The notes under the pieces are model-generated. The model was given only the letters and a program-made list of their open reading frames with translations. It was not told the origin of the DNA and ran no database searches. 16,791 bases of DNA from Elusimicrobiota bacterium (GTDB taxonomy: Bacteria; CG03; SLGR01; JAGXOG01), in contig JBNJDT010000035.1 of the NCBI GenBank assembly GCA_051745145.1, positions 1 to 16,791 on the forward strand, written 5' to 3'. This document shows positions 1-8,625 of the stretch, piece after piece. A program made the translations under genes and the position numbers. The first letter of the stretch is position 1. Every line of letters starts with the position of its first letter.

Positions 1-1
1 C

Positions 2-541
2 AAAGATTACGGCCGGATAATTAATGAGAATCATTTTGGCCGGTTAGTTAATCTGGTGGATTCTAAAGATATAAAGGGTTTTAACATTAACCGGAATAAA
101 CTGCACATTCCTCCGACTATTGTAAAAGACGTTTCCAAAGAAGATACTATAATGAAAAGTGAAATTTTCGGTCCCCTGCTTCCTGTTCTGGAATATGAGG
201 ATCTGGATCAGGTGGAAAATTATTTAGAAAGTGTCCCAAAACCTCTCGCTTTGTATATTTTTACATCGGATGATAAAAAATCCAAGCGTATAACAAATAC
301 TACAAGTTCGGGTTCGGTAATAATAAATGATGTTCTTATTCAGGCCGTTTCTCCGTATTTACCTTTCGGGGGAGTGGGAAAGAGCGGTATGGGAAGATAC
401 AGGGGGCAAAGTTCACTTTTTACTTTTTCAAATAAAAAAAGCGTGGTTAATAAAAGTTTTTTCATGGATTTTGATTTTAGATATCCACCGTATGATAGGG
501 AAGTTGAGGATTTAAAGAAATACTTAAAATTAGTGAGGTAA
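2..541 (+). CDS. Aldehyde dehydrogenase (ALDH3/AldH-like), C-terminal part; 5' end lies outside the window
   Basis: The frame is open from base 2 (KDYGRIINENHFGRL...), so the ORF-track start at 56 is an edge artefact. ALDH C-terminal motifs EIFGPLLP, PKPLALYIF and LPFGGVGKSGMGRY are present. Stop TAA 539-541. Confidence 0.93.
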   Translation, partial: KDYGRIINENHFGRLVNLVDSKDIKGFNINRNKLHIPPTIVKDVSKEDTIMKSEIFGPLLPVLEYEDLDQVENYLESVPKPLALYIFTSDDKKSKRITNTTSSGSVIINDVLIQAVSPYLPFGGVGKSGMGRYRGQSSLFTFSNKKSVVNKSFFMDFDFRYPPYDREVEDLKKYLKLVR

Positions 542-546
542 ATAAA

Positions 547-2082
547 ATGACTGATAAAAAAATTGTAATAGTGGGCGGCGGACCGGGTGGACTTACCAGC
601 GGTATGATTTTAGCGCACCGGGGAATGGATGTTGAAATATTTGAAAAAGAGAATCGTCCGGGAGGAAGAAATCGGGATATACAGCTGGGAGACTTTAAGT
701 TTGATACGGGACCGACTTTTCTGATGATGAAATATGTACTGGAGGAAATGTTCAGGGAAACCGGCCGGGAAGTTTCGAACTATATTGAACTTATAAAACT
801 GGACCCGTTTTACCGGCTTCAGTTTCCGGATAAGAGATTTTTCCCGTCCGGGGATATGGAAAAAATGAAAGAGAATATCGCAAAAGTTTTTCCCGGGGAT
901 GAAGAGGGATTTGAAAAATTTATGAAGAAAGAAGGGAAAAGATTTAAAAGTTTGATACCCTGTCTTCAGAAAGCCTATTCCAGTTTAACAGATTTTATTG
1001 ATCCTATATTTCTTAAAGCAATTCCCCAGCTGTCTTTGAACAGAACACTGTATGAAAATCTGGGAAGATATTTTGATGCTGAAGAACTTAAAATGGCATT
1101 TACTTTTCAGGCAAAATACTTGGGTATGTCTCCCTGGGATTGTCCGGCTCTTTTTACAATCCTTTCTTATATGGAATACAAATATAATATTTATCATGTA
1201 ACAGGGGGGCTTAACGAAATATCAAAAGCCATGTCCAAAATTGTAAAAGAAGAAGGCGGAAAAATTAATTATAATTCCAAAGTTGAAAAAATATTAACAA
1301 GCGGTAAAGATGTTACCGGTATCGAGCTTGAATCAGGAGAGCAGATAAAAGCCGATGAAGTTATTTTGAACGCAGATTTCGGATATGCGGTTAATAACCT
1401 TTTACCCGCTGAAAAACTAAAAAAGTGGTCTCCCGAAAAATTGAAAAAGAAAAAGTTTTCCTGCGGTACATTTATGCTGTATATGGGGTTGGATAAAAAA
1501 TACGATTCGGTTAATCATCATAATATAATATTTGCCGACGATTACCGTAGAAATGTAGAAGTCATGTTTAATGAATATCAGTTAATTGATGATTTTTCTT
1601 TTTATATTCAAAATCCTTCGGTTACCGATCCCACTCTTGCCCCGGAAGGAAAATCCGCTTTATATGTTCTTGTCCCGGTACCTAATAAAAAAAGCAAGAT
1701 AAATTGGGATACCGAAGCCGAAAAATTCAGATCTAAAGTTATAGAAAAAATTAAAGAAAAAACCGAGATGGAGGATATAGAGGATCATATAGAAGTTGAA
1801 AAAATTCTTACACCCGAAGATTGGAATAAAGATTATAACGTATATAACGGATCGGTATTTAATTTGGCACATAATATCAGACAGATGCTCTATTTCCGGC
1901 CCCATAATACATTTGAGGAATTGAATAATTTGTATCTGACCGGCGGCGGAACTCACCCGGGAAGCGGGTTGCCCATTATATATGAGTCAGGAAGAATTTC
2001 TGCAAATTTAATATCAGAAAAATATGGTCTTCCTTATGAAAAGCCAACGTTTAATCCCGAAGAGATACTTGGCGATGCATAA
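547..2082 (+). CDS. crtI: Phytoene desaturase family FAD oxidoreductase (CrtI/CrtN-like)
   Basis: N-terminal dinucleotide-binding motif IVGGGPGGL...EK...GGR, plus FDTGPTFL, FTFQAKYLGMSP and C-terminal LYLTGGGTHPGSGLP, all typical of the CrtI/CrtN family. GAGGT SD lies just upstream. The subfamily (CrtI vs CrtN/CrtNb) cannot be resolved by eye. Confidence 0.88.
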   Translation: MTDKKIVIVGGGPGGLTSGMILAHRGMDVEIFEKENRPGGRNRDIQLGDFKFDTGPTFLMMKYVLEEMFRETGREVSNYIELIKLDPFYRLQFPDKRFFPSGDMEKMKENIAKVFPGDEEGFEKFMKKEGKRFKSLIPCLQKAYSSLTDFIDPIFLKAIPQLSLNRTLYENLGRYFDAEELKMAFTFQAKYLGMSPWDCPALFTILSYMEYKYNIYHVTGGLNEISKAMSKIVKEEGGKINYNSKVEKILTSGKDVTGIELESGEQIKADEVILNADFGYAVNNLLPAEKLKKWSPEKLKKKKFSCGTFMLYMGLDKKYDSVNHHNIIFADDYRRNVEVMFNEYQLIDDFSFYIQNPSVTDPTLAPEGKSALYVLVPVPNKKSKINWDTEAEKFRSKVIEKIKEKTEMEDIEDHIEVEKILTPEDWNKDYNVYNGSVFNLAHNIRQMLYFRPHNTFEELNNLYLTGGGTHPGSGLPIIYESGRISANLISEKYGLPYEKPTFNPEEILGDA

Positions 2083-3049
2083 GACTAAGCCTGTAATAGT
2101 ATGCAGTAAGTGCCTGGGCTTTGGTAAATGCCGTTATGACGGCGGTGAAATACCGGCACCCTATATTAAAGAATTAAGTAATTTCTGTAAGATTATTCCG
2201 GTTTGTCCGGAAGTAAGTATAGGGTTATCCGTTCCCAGAAAACCAGTTAAAATAATAAAGAAACAAGAAAGATTTATTCTAAAACAAAGAGAAACCAAAC
2301 TTGATTTAACTCAAAAAATGGAAAAATTCTCCCGTAATTTTTTTCAGAATCTTGACAAAGTTCACGGATTTATTCTCAAATATAAATCTCCTTCCTGCGG
2401 TGTTTATTCAACCAAGTATTATAATTCACTGGAAAAGGGGGTAGTTGTGGGTAAAGGCCCGGGTTTTTTCGGGCATGCAGTTAAAAAAGCATATCCAAAT
2501 TATCCTGTAGAAACAAAAGCCAGGCTTTCCAATTTTAATATAAGAGAACATTTTTTATTAAAACTTTTTACTTTTAACCGTTTTTATAGAGTAAAAAATA
2601 CAGAATCGGTAAATGAGCTTATTGATTTTCATTCTAAGAACAAATATCTTTTGCTGTCTTATCACCAGAAAAATATGAGGCAAATGGGGAAAATAGTGGC
2701 AAACCAGAAAAAAATGGGTGTAAAGGATGCAATAGAAAAATATGAAAACCTTTTACTTGAATCTTTTAAAAATAAAGCCTCCCCCAGCTCCCATATAAAT
2801 GTTATTCAGCATGCAGCAGGTTATTTTTCAAAAAATATTACGGACTCTGAAAGAAAGAATATTACAAAATTGATAAAGGAGTATAAAGATAAAAAAATAC
2901 CTTTAAGCGCGTTACTTTCTGTTATAAGATCTTACATAGTCCGGTTTGATATAGAATATCTAAAAAACCAAACTTATTTCAAGCCATATCCACGGGATCT
3001 TATGAAAGTCGGCGATTCTGGAAAAGGAAGAGATCTTAAACATATTTAA
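2075..3049 (+). CDS. ybgA: DUF523 (TudS-like Fe-S desulfidase) + DUF1722 fusion protein, YbgA/RudS type
   Basis: Motifs S-x-CLG...CRYDG, VCPEV, KSPSCG, then FHS-x-NKYLLL, H-x-NV-x-x-H-x-x-GYF and YL-x-x-QTYF-x-PYP. ATG 2075 (MHKTKPVIV) is the preferred start because it overlaps the crtI stop by 8 nt and the domain begins there. The track start at 2024 would overlap by 59 nt. Confidence 0.85.
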   Translation: MHKTKPVIVCSKCLGFGKCRYDGGEIPAPYIKELSNFCKIIPVCPEVSIGLSVPRKPVKIIKKQERFILKQRETKLDLTQKMEKFSRNFFQNLDKVHGFILKYKSPSCGVYSTKYYNSLEKGVVVGKGPGFFGHAVKKAYPNYPVETKARLSNFNIREHFLLKLFTFNRFYRVKNTESVNELIDFHSKNKYLLLSYHQKNMRQMGKIVANQKKMGVKDAIEKYENLLLESFKNKASPSSHINVIQHAAGYFSKNITDSERKNITKLIKEYKDKKIPLSALLSVIRSYIVRFDIEYLKNQTYFKPYPRDLMKVGDSGKGRDLKHI

Positions 3050-3181
3050 TAAAAAAATATGAATTTTTAATTGCAAAGGATTATAAAAATTATCAAACAA
3101 TTTTTGTGACTAACAATTTCAGAATTAAATATTTTTAAAGATTATATTATATTTTTCTCCTTACGATAAACGGCTTAAGGT

Positions 3182-3210
3182 TTGATTACCTTAAAATTAT
3201 AATCTATAAT
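3182..3210 (+). promoter_or_regulatory. Putative sigma70 promoter, TTGATT-17 bp-TATAAT, with an inverted repeat around the -35
   Basis: -35 TTGATT at 3182-3187 and -10 TATAAT at 3205-3210 with a 17-nt spacer. ATG follows at 3220 with no evident SD. Confidence 0.55.
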
Positions 3211-3219
3211 TTCCGTACA

Positions 3220-3873
3220 ATGAAAGTGAAAAAATGTTTTAGAATTATAATATTACTGGTTTTTGGTATATTTCTGGCAGACGGGATGGTCTTAGCTTCC
3301 GGTGCCGGATTATCTTACTTTCAGCCATCCACCGGGGAAGGGGGGCTGGGTTTAGGCTTAGGTTTGGAAGTGGGTTTTGGAGAAGCGTTTACCCTGGAGC
3401 CCCGGGCCAACTATTTTAGTTTTGACGGGCTGGAGACTACTGATGAATATTGCAACTCCGGCTGGTTTAAGACCAAGACGGCTTTACTGGATTTTATATT
3501 GAAGGTGCCCTTTAACGCCGGCGAGGTAAACCCGTATATATTCGGGGGATATTCTGTTTTTTTGAATTTCGGAATGGATGCCCTGGAAGGTAATATCGAT
3601 AGGGACTTCATAGAAAATACCGGTTACAGTACGGTAACCTCTTCATTTAAGTTTGACAAAAGTCCCGGATACGGTTATTCTGTCGGCGGCGGGTTGAAAT
3701 ACAAAAATATTGATTTTGGAATAAGAGCGTATAAGGCCAGGGCCGAACTTAATTTAAAGGGGGACTACATAGCGGCGAATTCCGGTGAGACGGCCGTGAC
3801 CCAAAACTACAGCCCTAAAAATTCAGCTCTTATTCTGGACGGCCTTCTTTTTTCACTGACCGTAGAATTTTAA
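3220..3873 (+). CDS. Putative outer-membrane beta-barrel protein (OmpA-like/porin type)
   Basis: Signal peptide (MKVKKCFRIIILLVFGIFLADGMVLA), alternating amphipathic strands (GLGLGLGLEVGF, NPYIFGGY, GYSVGGGLKY) and a C-terminal LTVEF beta-signal-like end. Confidence 0.7.
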   Translation: MKVKKCFRIIILLVFGIFLADGMVLASGAGLSYFQPSTGEGGLGLGLGLEVGFGEAFTLEPRANYFSFDGLETTDEYCNSGWFKTKTALLDFILKVPFNAGEVNPYIFGGYSVFLNFGMDALEGNIDRDFIENTGYSTVTSSFKFDKSPGYGYSVGGGLKYKNIDFGIRAYKARAELNLKGDYIAANSGETAVTQNYSPKNSALILDGLLFSLTVEF

Positions 3874-3936
3874 GCTGCCCCACCTGGTAAAAAATAGATT
3901 AAGCAGGACTTTTTATTTTTAAATTTTATTTTTAGC

Positions 3937-3993
3937 TTGACATAGAGGTTTCTTTTTTATATTCTTATATTAGAATATTATAATACAAGGAGG
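3937..3993 (+). promoter_or_regulatory. Putative sigma70 promoter and RBS of the ferredoxin gene
   Basis: TTGACA 3937-3942, 17-nt spacer, TATTCT 3960-3965. SD AAGGAGG at 3987-3993, 5 nt before ATG 3999. Confidence 0.65.
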
Positions 3994-3998
3994 CTAAT

Positions 3999-4229
3999 AT
4001 GAAAAATAAAATAGCAAAAACTATAAAAGAAAGATGTGATAAATCACCCGCCTGTCCGGCGAAGAGAGTTTGCCCTTCCGGGGCAATTGTCCAGGATGGA
4101 GAGTCCGCCGGTGGGATTATGGCTATGCTTGGCGGGGGTACGGCAATAGTTAAGAGTAAAAAATGCACTGGGTGCGGAAAATGCGTTGAGGTCTGTCCGA
4201 TGGGAGCAATAAAGATGGTGGCGGCGTAG
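3999..4229 (+). CDS. Small dicluster ferredoxin (4Fe-4S binding protein)
   Basis: Canonical CTGCGKCVEVCPMGAI motif plus an N-terminal C-x5-C-x5-CP-x-GAI motif, with a strong SD. Confidence 0.88.
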   Translation: MKNKIAKTIKERCDKSPACPAKRVCPSGAIVQDGESAGGIMAMLGGGTAIVKSKKCTGCGKCVEVCPMGAIKMVAA

Positions 4230-4515
4230 TTATTACTTCTGAACACAGGTGGGTGAAAAATAAGGAGGTCGACGGTTAAAGCAACCGTGAGGAAATAACT
4301 GTTTATCAAATGGGGGGCCCGAGCAATTAATCAGCTTTATTTTTATATTAAAATTTGGAGTTGATTGGATTTTTAAAAAGAGTCCTTGATTTATTTGTCT
4401 TTATAAATACTATAGTACTACTATTCATAAACGGCAGTTAAAGTTCCCCCGGCTGCTAAATTTAAAAAAATAGTAAAAACACAGTCAACTGTAGCGGGAA
4501 AAATAAGATAAAATA

Positions 4516-6141
4516 ATGAACAAAACTAAGACAAAAATAAATACGTCAAAAATAAAGGAGGAGGCGTCCAAAAGACGCACCTTTGCTATTATATCCCATC
4601 CGGATGCCGGTAAAACAACCCTTTCGGAAAAATTGCTTCTTTACGGAGGAGCCCTTAACCTTGCCGGAACGGTAACCGCCCGGAAAAGGGAGCGCACTAC
4701 CGCTTCAGACTGGATGGAACTTGAAAAGAAACGGGGCATTTCAGTTTCGTCCACCGTACTCCGGTTTGAATACGGGGGTTTTAAAATAAACCTGCTGGAT
4801 ACCCCCGGACACAGGGATTTTTCCGAAGATACCTACCGGGTGCTCATGGCCACTGACGCGGCGCTTATGGTAATTGACGCGGGTAAAGGAATAGAAGCCC
4901 AGACCAAAAAGCTCTTTCGCATATGTACCCGCCGGGGAATACCCATATTTACTTTTATCAATAAACTCGATTTGCCGGCCCGGGATCCTCTTGAACTTAT
5001 AGATCAGCTGGAAAATGTGCTGGATCTGCAGGCTTTTCCGGTTACCTGGCCTCTGGACAGCGGCAGATTTTTTAAGGGGATATATGATAGGCTAAGTGAT
5101 AAAGTACATCTTTTTAAAAAGAACCCGGGGGGGCAGTTAAAATCCACCGTGTCAAAATATGATTTCGAGGATAAAAAGATAAAAGATCTGCTCGGAGCTA
5201 AATTACATAAAAAAACTTCCGAAGAGATACAGCTTATAGATGCGGTATCGGGAAGTTTTAACCGGGATTTAGTAAGAGAAGGGATTGTCTCGCCTGTTTT
5301 CTTTGGAAGCGCTTTAAACAATTTCGGCGTGGAAATTATGTTGAAAAACTTTCTTAAGTTTTCATCACCTCCTCTGCCCCGTACTTCACAAAACGGGCCG
5401 GTTAAAGTTGCCAGCAATGAATTTTCCGCTTTTGTGTTTAAGGTGCAGACTAATATGGACCCCAGGCACCGCGACCGGATGGTTTTTATCCGGATCTGCT
5501 CGGGAAAATTTGACCGGAAAATGAAAATACGCCACCAGCGCCTGGATAAGGAAATAAGGCTTTCAAGTTCCCACAATGTTTTCGGCCGGGACAGGAAAAC
5601 TTTGGATGTTGCCTATCCCGGGGATATAGTTGGATTTGTCAGCCGGGATGACTTTAAGGTGGGAGATACTCTTACCACTTCAAAAGACCTGGTTTATAAC
5701 GAAATCCCCCGGTTTGCCCCGGAACATTTTGCTTTTATACAGAATCCTTCTCCGGCAAATTACAAGTCGTTCCGCAAGGGGATAAAACATTTTTTAGCCG
5801 AAGACATGGTCCAGGCATTTACGCTGCCGGAGTATCCCGGTCCTTTGCCCCTTCTGGGAGCTGTGGGCCCGCTCCAGTTTGAAGTGCTCCAGTACAGGCT
5901 CAAGGAGGAATACGGGGCCGAGTCAAAGTTAAAACCTATGCCCTGGAAGGCATTAAGGTGGTTTCAAGCCTCTCTGGAAGATGAGGAATTAAAAAGGTCC
6001 CTGCCTTATGGCGCGGCCATAGGAGAAGATTCCCTGGGCCGTAGAGTAATGCTCTTTACTGAAAGCTGGTCACCCGGTCACTATGCAAAAAATAATCCGA
6101 AAGTAGAACTGTTTGAATCACCGAAAGAGGATGAATTATAA
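4516..6141 (+). CDS. prfC: Peptide chain release factor 3
   Basis: RRTFAIISHPDAGKTT, SDWMELEKKRGISV, DTPGH-x-DFSEDTYR, NKLD, FVFKVQTNMDP-x-HRDR and GAVG-x-LQFEVLQYRL-x-x-EYG are characteristic RF3 motifs. Confidence 0.97.
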   Translation: MNKTKTKINTSKIKEEASKRRTFAIISHPDAGKTTLSEKLLLYGGALNLAGTVTARKRERTTASDWMELEKKRGISVSSTVLRFEYGGFKINLLDTPGHRDFSEDTYRVLMATDAALMVIDAGKGIEAQTKKLFRICTRRGIPIFTFINKLDLPARDPLELIDQLENVLDLQAFPVTWPLDSGRFFKGIYDRLSDKVHLFKKNPGGQLKSTVSKYDFEDKKIKDLLGAKLHKKTSEEIQLIDAVSGSFNRDLVREGIVSPVFFGSALNNFGVEIMLKNFLKFSSPPLPRTSQNGPVKVASNEFSAFVFKVQTNMDPRHRDRMVFIRICSGKFDRKMKIRHQRLDKEIRLSSSHNVFGRDRKTLDVAYPGDIVGFVSRDDFKVGDTLTTSKDLVYNEIPRFAPEHFAFIQNPSPANYKSFRKGIKHFLAEDMVQAFTLPEYPGPLPLLGAVGPLQFEVLQYRLKEEYGAESKLKPMPWKALRWFQASLEDEELKRSLPYGAAIGEDSLGRRVMLFTESWSPGHYAKNNPKVELFESPKEDEL

Positions 6142-6244
6142 CCGGATATCTCTACTTTTCCTAAAAAGGTAACAGTTATAGGATTAAAATCAGTATTTTA
6201 ATAAAAGTATCCCCGCGGAGCAGGCAGTTAGTTTTTATTTCATG

Positions 6245-6784
6245 TTAAAATTTCCAGTTAACTGCTATCATGAGAGGTGATAGCTCTTTAGGCAGCTCTG
6301 TTAAGAATTTGCTCTGGGGCATTATGTTAATCATTCCAATCTGTACCCCGGCTTCTACAGAGGCCGCATAGTTAATAAATCCCCACTGTAGGCCGCGTAA
6401 ACGGTTGGCGTAGTTTATTGTACCGCTCTGTAATCCTTTCATGGTTCCCTCTGTATAGTTAACAGCTGAGTTCTGCCATCCTAAGAAATCATTCTTGGTG
6501 TAATTGACAGTTCCCCAGTGGATGCCTTTGTAGCTGTCTGCGTAGTTTAAAAAGGCAATGCTTAACCCGGAACTTTGACCGGTTGAGCCCTGCACGACTC
6601 CCAAAGCTAAAGCCTTTTGAGGATTTTCGCCCCATAAACCGATAGATAATCCTTTAATCCTTTCATTCCTGTTGTAAAGGGCAATGTCAGGTGTAATACT
6701 TACCTGAAAAGGACTGCTGGCAAAAACGCCGGCGGTAACGGCAATGGTTAAAACTAAGACTGAACTTAAAATTTTTTTGATCAT
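6245..6784 (-). CDS. Secreted/outer-membrane repeat protein (LA_2272-like surface repeat)
   Basis: Signal peptide, about six 14-16 aa repeats of the form G-x-Q-x-G-x-x-N-Y (e.g. GLQSGTINYA, GLQWGFINYA, GVQIGMIN) and a C-terminal VNWKF. SD GGAGGT lies upstream on the minus strand (6791-6796). Confidence 0.72.
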   Translation of the reverse strand: MIKKILSSVLVLTIAVTAGVFASSPFQVSITPDIALYNRNERIKGLSIGLWGENPQKALALGVVQGSTGQSSGLSIAFLNYADSYKGIHWGTVNYTKNDFLGWQNSAVNYTEGTMKGLQSGTINYANRLRGLQWGFINYAASVEAGVQIGMINIMPQSKFLTELPKELSPLMIAVNWKF

Positions 6785-7069
6785 AAAAATACCTCCCTGG
6801 TATTAAGTCTTTTCTTTCAAACTCTCTCCCCACCATTTATCTAACTTACATAAATAATAATAGTTATATTGAACAATTTGAATTGTTTTATGTTACTTTT
6901 AACTGTCTTTTTTCTACGTTACACTATAAATAGGTTCCGTAATCGGCAGGCTTAAAAAATTTTCAGAACTTTTTATACTTTAAAGAAAAGAATTACACCG
7001 GGTCGGTAAAAGCTGATTATAAATTTTATGTTAATTAGTAAATTGAAAAGTTTTTTTTATAATAAAAAC

Positions 7070-7756
7070 ATGAAAAATATATATCATATTATCATAAGTG
7101 TTCTGGTTGTTTTTCTATCGGGATGTTTTTCCGGCTCAATTTCCCAGTTCCGCTCCGGGAAAGTTCTGGAAACCGGAAAGATAAGATGTGGCAGCGCGGT
7201 AGGATTGGGGGAAAACTTTAGCAGTTCAAAAAAGCGGGAGGGCCCGGAAAATATAAGCCTGTTTGAGGCATGGCACCAGTACGGGATTGCCAAAGGCTGG
7301 GACTTTGGTTTAAAATATTCTTTTTTTAATTCTTACTCATTTACGGTAAGGCGCAGTATTTTCGGGGAAAATTCAGAAAGCCGGTTATCCGGTGCCGCGG
7401 GATTGAAGTATTCACAAAGAGATTATTCCTATACCAATAAAAACGATAACAATACCGAAGGCAATGTCCGGGATTTTACTTTACCGGTATATTTTTCCCG
7501 GGATTTCACCAATGAAAAAATTATGGTGTATCTTATTCCCACTCTTAATTTAAGAATTCAAAAAGAAAAGGACCTTTTTTCTGGTGAAAAGACGGAAAAT
7601 AAGTCCTGGATGGCCGGTGGAACAGTGGGTAAGGGCGTGCAGCCGTTAAATAATTTTTGGATAATGGCTGAATACAATTTGTTGCAGGCTATAAATTCCG
7701 ATGAGCCTTTGCATAGACAGGGAGGAGTGGGAATAGCCGTGGATTTTGATTTATAA
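7070..7756 (+). CDS. Hypothetical lipoprotein, probably outer-membrane beta-strand rich
   Basis: From ATG 7070 the protein reads MKNIYHIIISVLVVFLSG/C, a classic lipobox. YGIAKGWDFGLKY and a C-terminal GGVGIAVDFDL look like amphipathic strands. The track start at 7028 is less likely. Confidence 0.65.
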   Translation: MKNIYHIIISVLVVFLSGCFSGSISQFRSGKVLETGKIRCGSAVGLGENFSSSKKREGPENISLFEAWHQYGIAKGWDFGLKYSFFNSYSFTVRRSIFGENSESRLSGAAGLKYSQRDYSYTNKNDNNTEGNVRDFTLPVYFSRDFTNEKIMVYLIPTLNLRIQKEKDLFSGEKTENKSWMAGGTVGKGVQPLNNFWIMAEYNLLQAINSDEPLHRQGGVGIAVDFDL

Positions 7757-7765
7757 AGGAAAATA

Positions 7766-8458
7766 ATGAAAAATATAAAAGAACATTTTGAGCGGGAAGC
7801 CAAAGAATTTGATGATATTATATTAAGGATCATACCCTTTTATGAAGAAATGATTGAGGCCCTGGTTTTGACTGTACCATTTGAAAAAGAAGCAGAATTA
7901 AAAGTTTTGGATTTAGGGTGCGGTACGGGAACCATACTGAAAAAAATAAAGCAGAAATTTTCAAATGCCAGGTTAACCGGGGTAGACATATCGGAAAAAA
8001 TGATAGAAATAGCCAAATCAAAATTAAAAAATTATGAAGAAAATACAAAGTATTATGTGAAGGACTTTTATGATTTTAAGTTTGAGGATAAATATGATGT
8101 TATAGTTTCTTCTTTAGCTTTGCACCACTTAGTTACAGATGAAGATAAGAAAAATATTTATCAGAAAATATATAATGCATTATCTGAGAATGGTATATTT
8201 TATAACGCCGATGTAGTTTTAGCTTCCAATAAAAAGTTTCAGAATGTTTATATAAAAAAATGGGTGGAATATATGAGTAGAAATTGCTCCAGGGAAGAAA
8301 TAGAGAATAAATGGTTACAAAAATATCAAGATGAAGACAATCCCGCTGAATTAATAGATCAGGTTAAGTGGTTGGAGAGTATTGGTTTCAAAAATGTTGA
8401 TATAGTCTGGAAATACTATAATTTAGCAGTTTACGGAGGTACCAAAAAAGAGAGTTAA
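7766..8458 (+). CDS. Class I SAM-dependent methyltransferase (CmoA-like fold, substrate unknown)
   Basis: Motif I VLDLGCGTG, GVDISEKMIE, YDVIVSSLALHHL, L-x-x-NGIFYNAD. SD AAGGA upstream. Starts 9 nt after the lipoprotein stop. Confidence 0.9.
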   Translation: MKNIKEHFEREAKEFDDIILRIIPFYEEMIEALVLTVPFEKEAELKVLDLGCGTGTILKKIKQKFSNARLTGVDISEKMIEIAKSKLKNYEENTKYYVKDFYDFKFEDKYDVIVSSLALHHLVTDEDKKNIYQKIYNALSENGIFYNADVVLASNKKFQNVYIKKWVEYMSRNCSREEIENKWLQKYQDEDNPAELIDQVKWLESIGFKNVDIVWKYYNLAVYGGTKKES

Positions 8459-8625
8459 CTGAATGGTTTAACGAGCAGGTAAAGTTGTAAAAGAGTTGCT
8501 CGCGTTAAGTAAATATATATAGTTGCCTGCAGAAATTAGGCTAATTAAGGCCGGTGGAAAACTATTCATTGTAAAATTTTTATTAATATGATAAGTTTTT
8601 AATATATATAAGGCTGTTATATTTA

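Noticed and set aside
2024..2074. ORF-track N-terminal extensions (2024 for ybgA, 7028 for the lipoprotein)
   Set aside because: Downstream ATGs at 2075 and 7070 fit the domain and signal-peptide boundaries better.
4227..4298. Possible stop read-through or selenocysteine extension of the ferredoxin (TAG, then in-frame TGA followed by the hairpin ACGGTT-AAAGC-AACCGT), and an orphan SD TAAGGAGGT at 4261-4269
   Set aside because: It would need two recoding events, the extension has no motif, the hairpin is not a convincing SECIS, and no start codon lies at proper spacing from the SD.
3965..4309. 114-aa minus-strand ORF
   Set aside because: It is the antisense shadow of the ferredoxin, which has the promoter, SD and motifs.
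4432..4458. Hairpin GGCAGTT...GGCTGCT upstream of prfC as a riboswitch
   Set aside because: It is a short stem with no match to riboswitch consensus sequences I can recognise.
5004..5576. 190-aa minus-strand ORF, and similar antisense or alternate-frame ORFs such as 10689-11090, 14649-15215, 985-1197 and 1660-1956
   Set aside because: They lie entirely within well-supported genes and have no recognisable motifs.
7766..8458. Methyltransferase as cmoA or as part of the Che-like island
   Set aside because: Only generic class I motifs are visible. It is coupled to the upstream lipoprotein and separated from cheBR by 167 nt.
8467..8509. Inverted repeat TTAACGAGCA/TGCTCgcGTTAA after the methyltransferase as an intrinsic terminator
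   Set aside because: It has a large loop, a bulge and no U-tract, so it is too weak to call.
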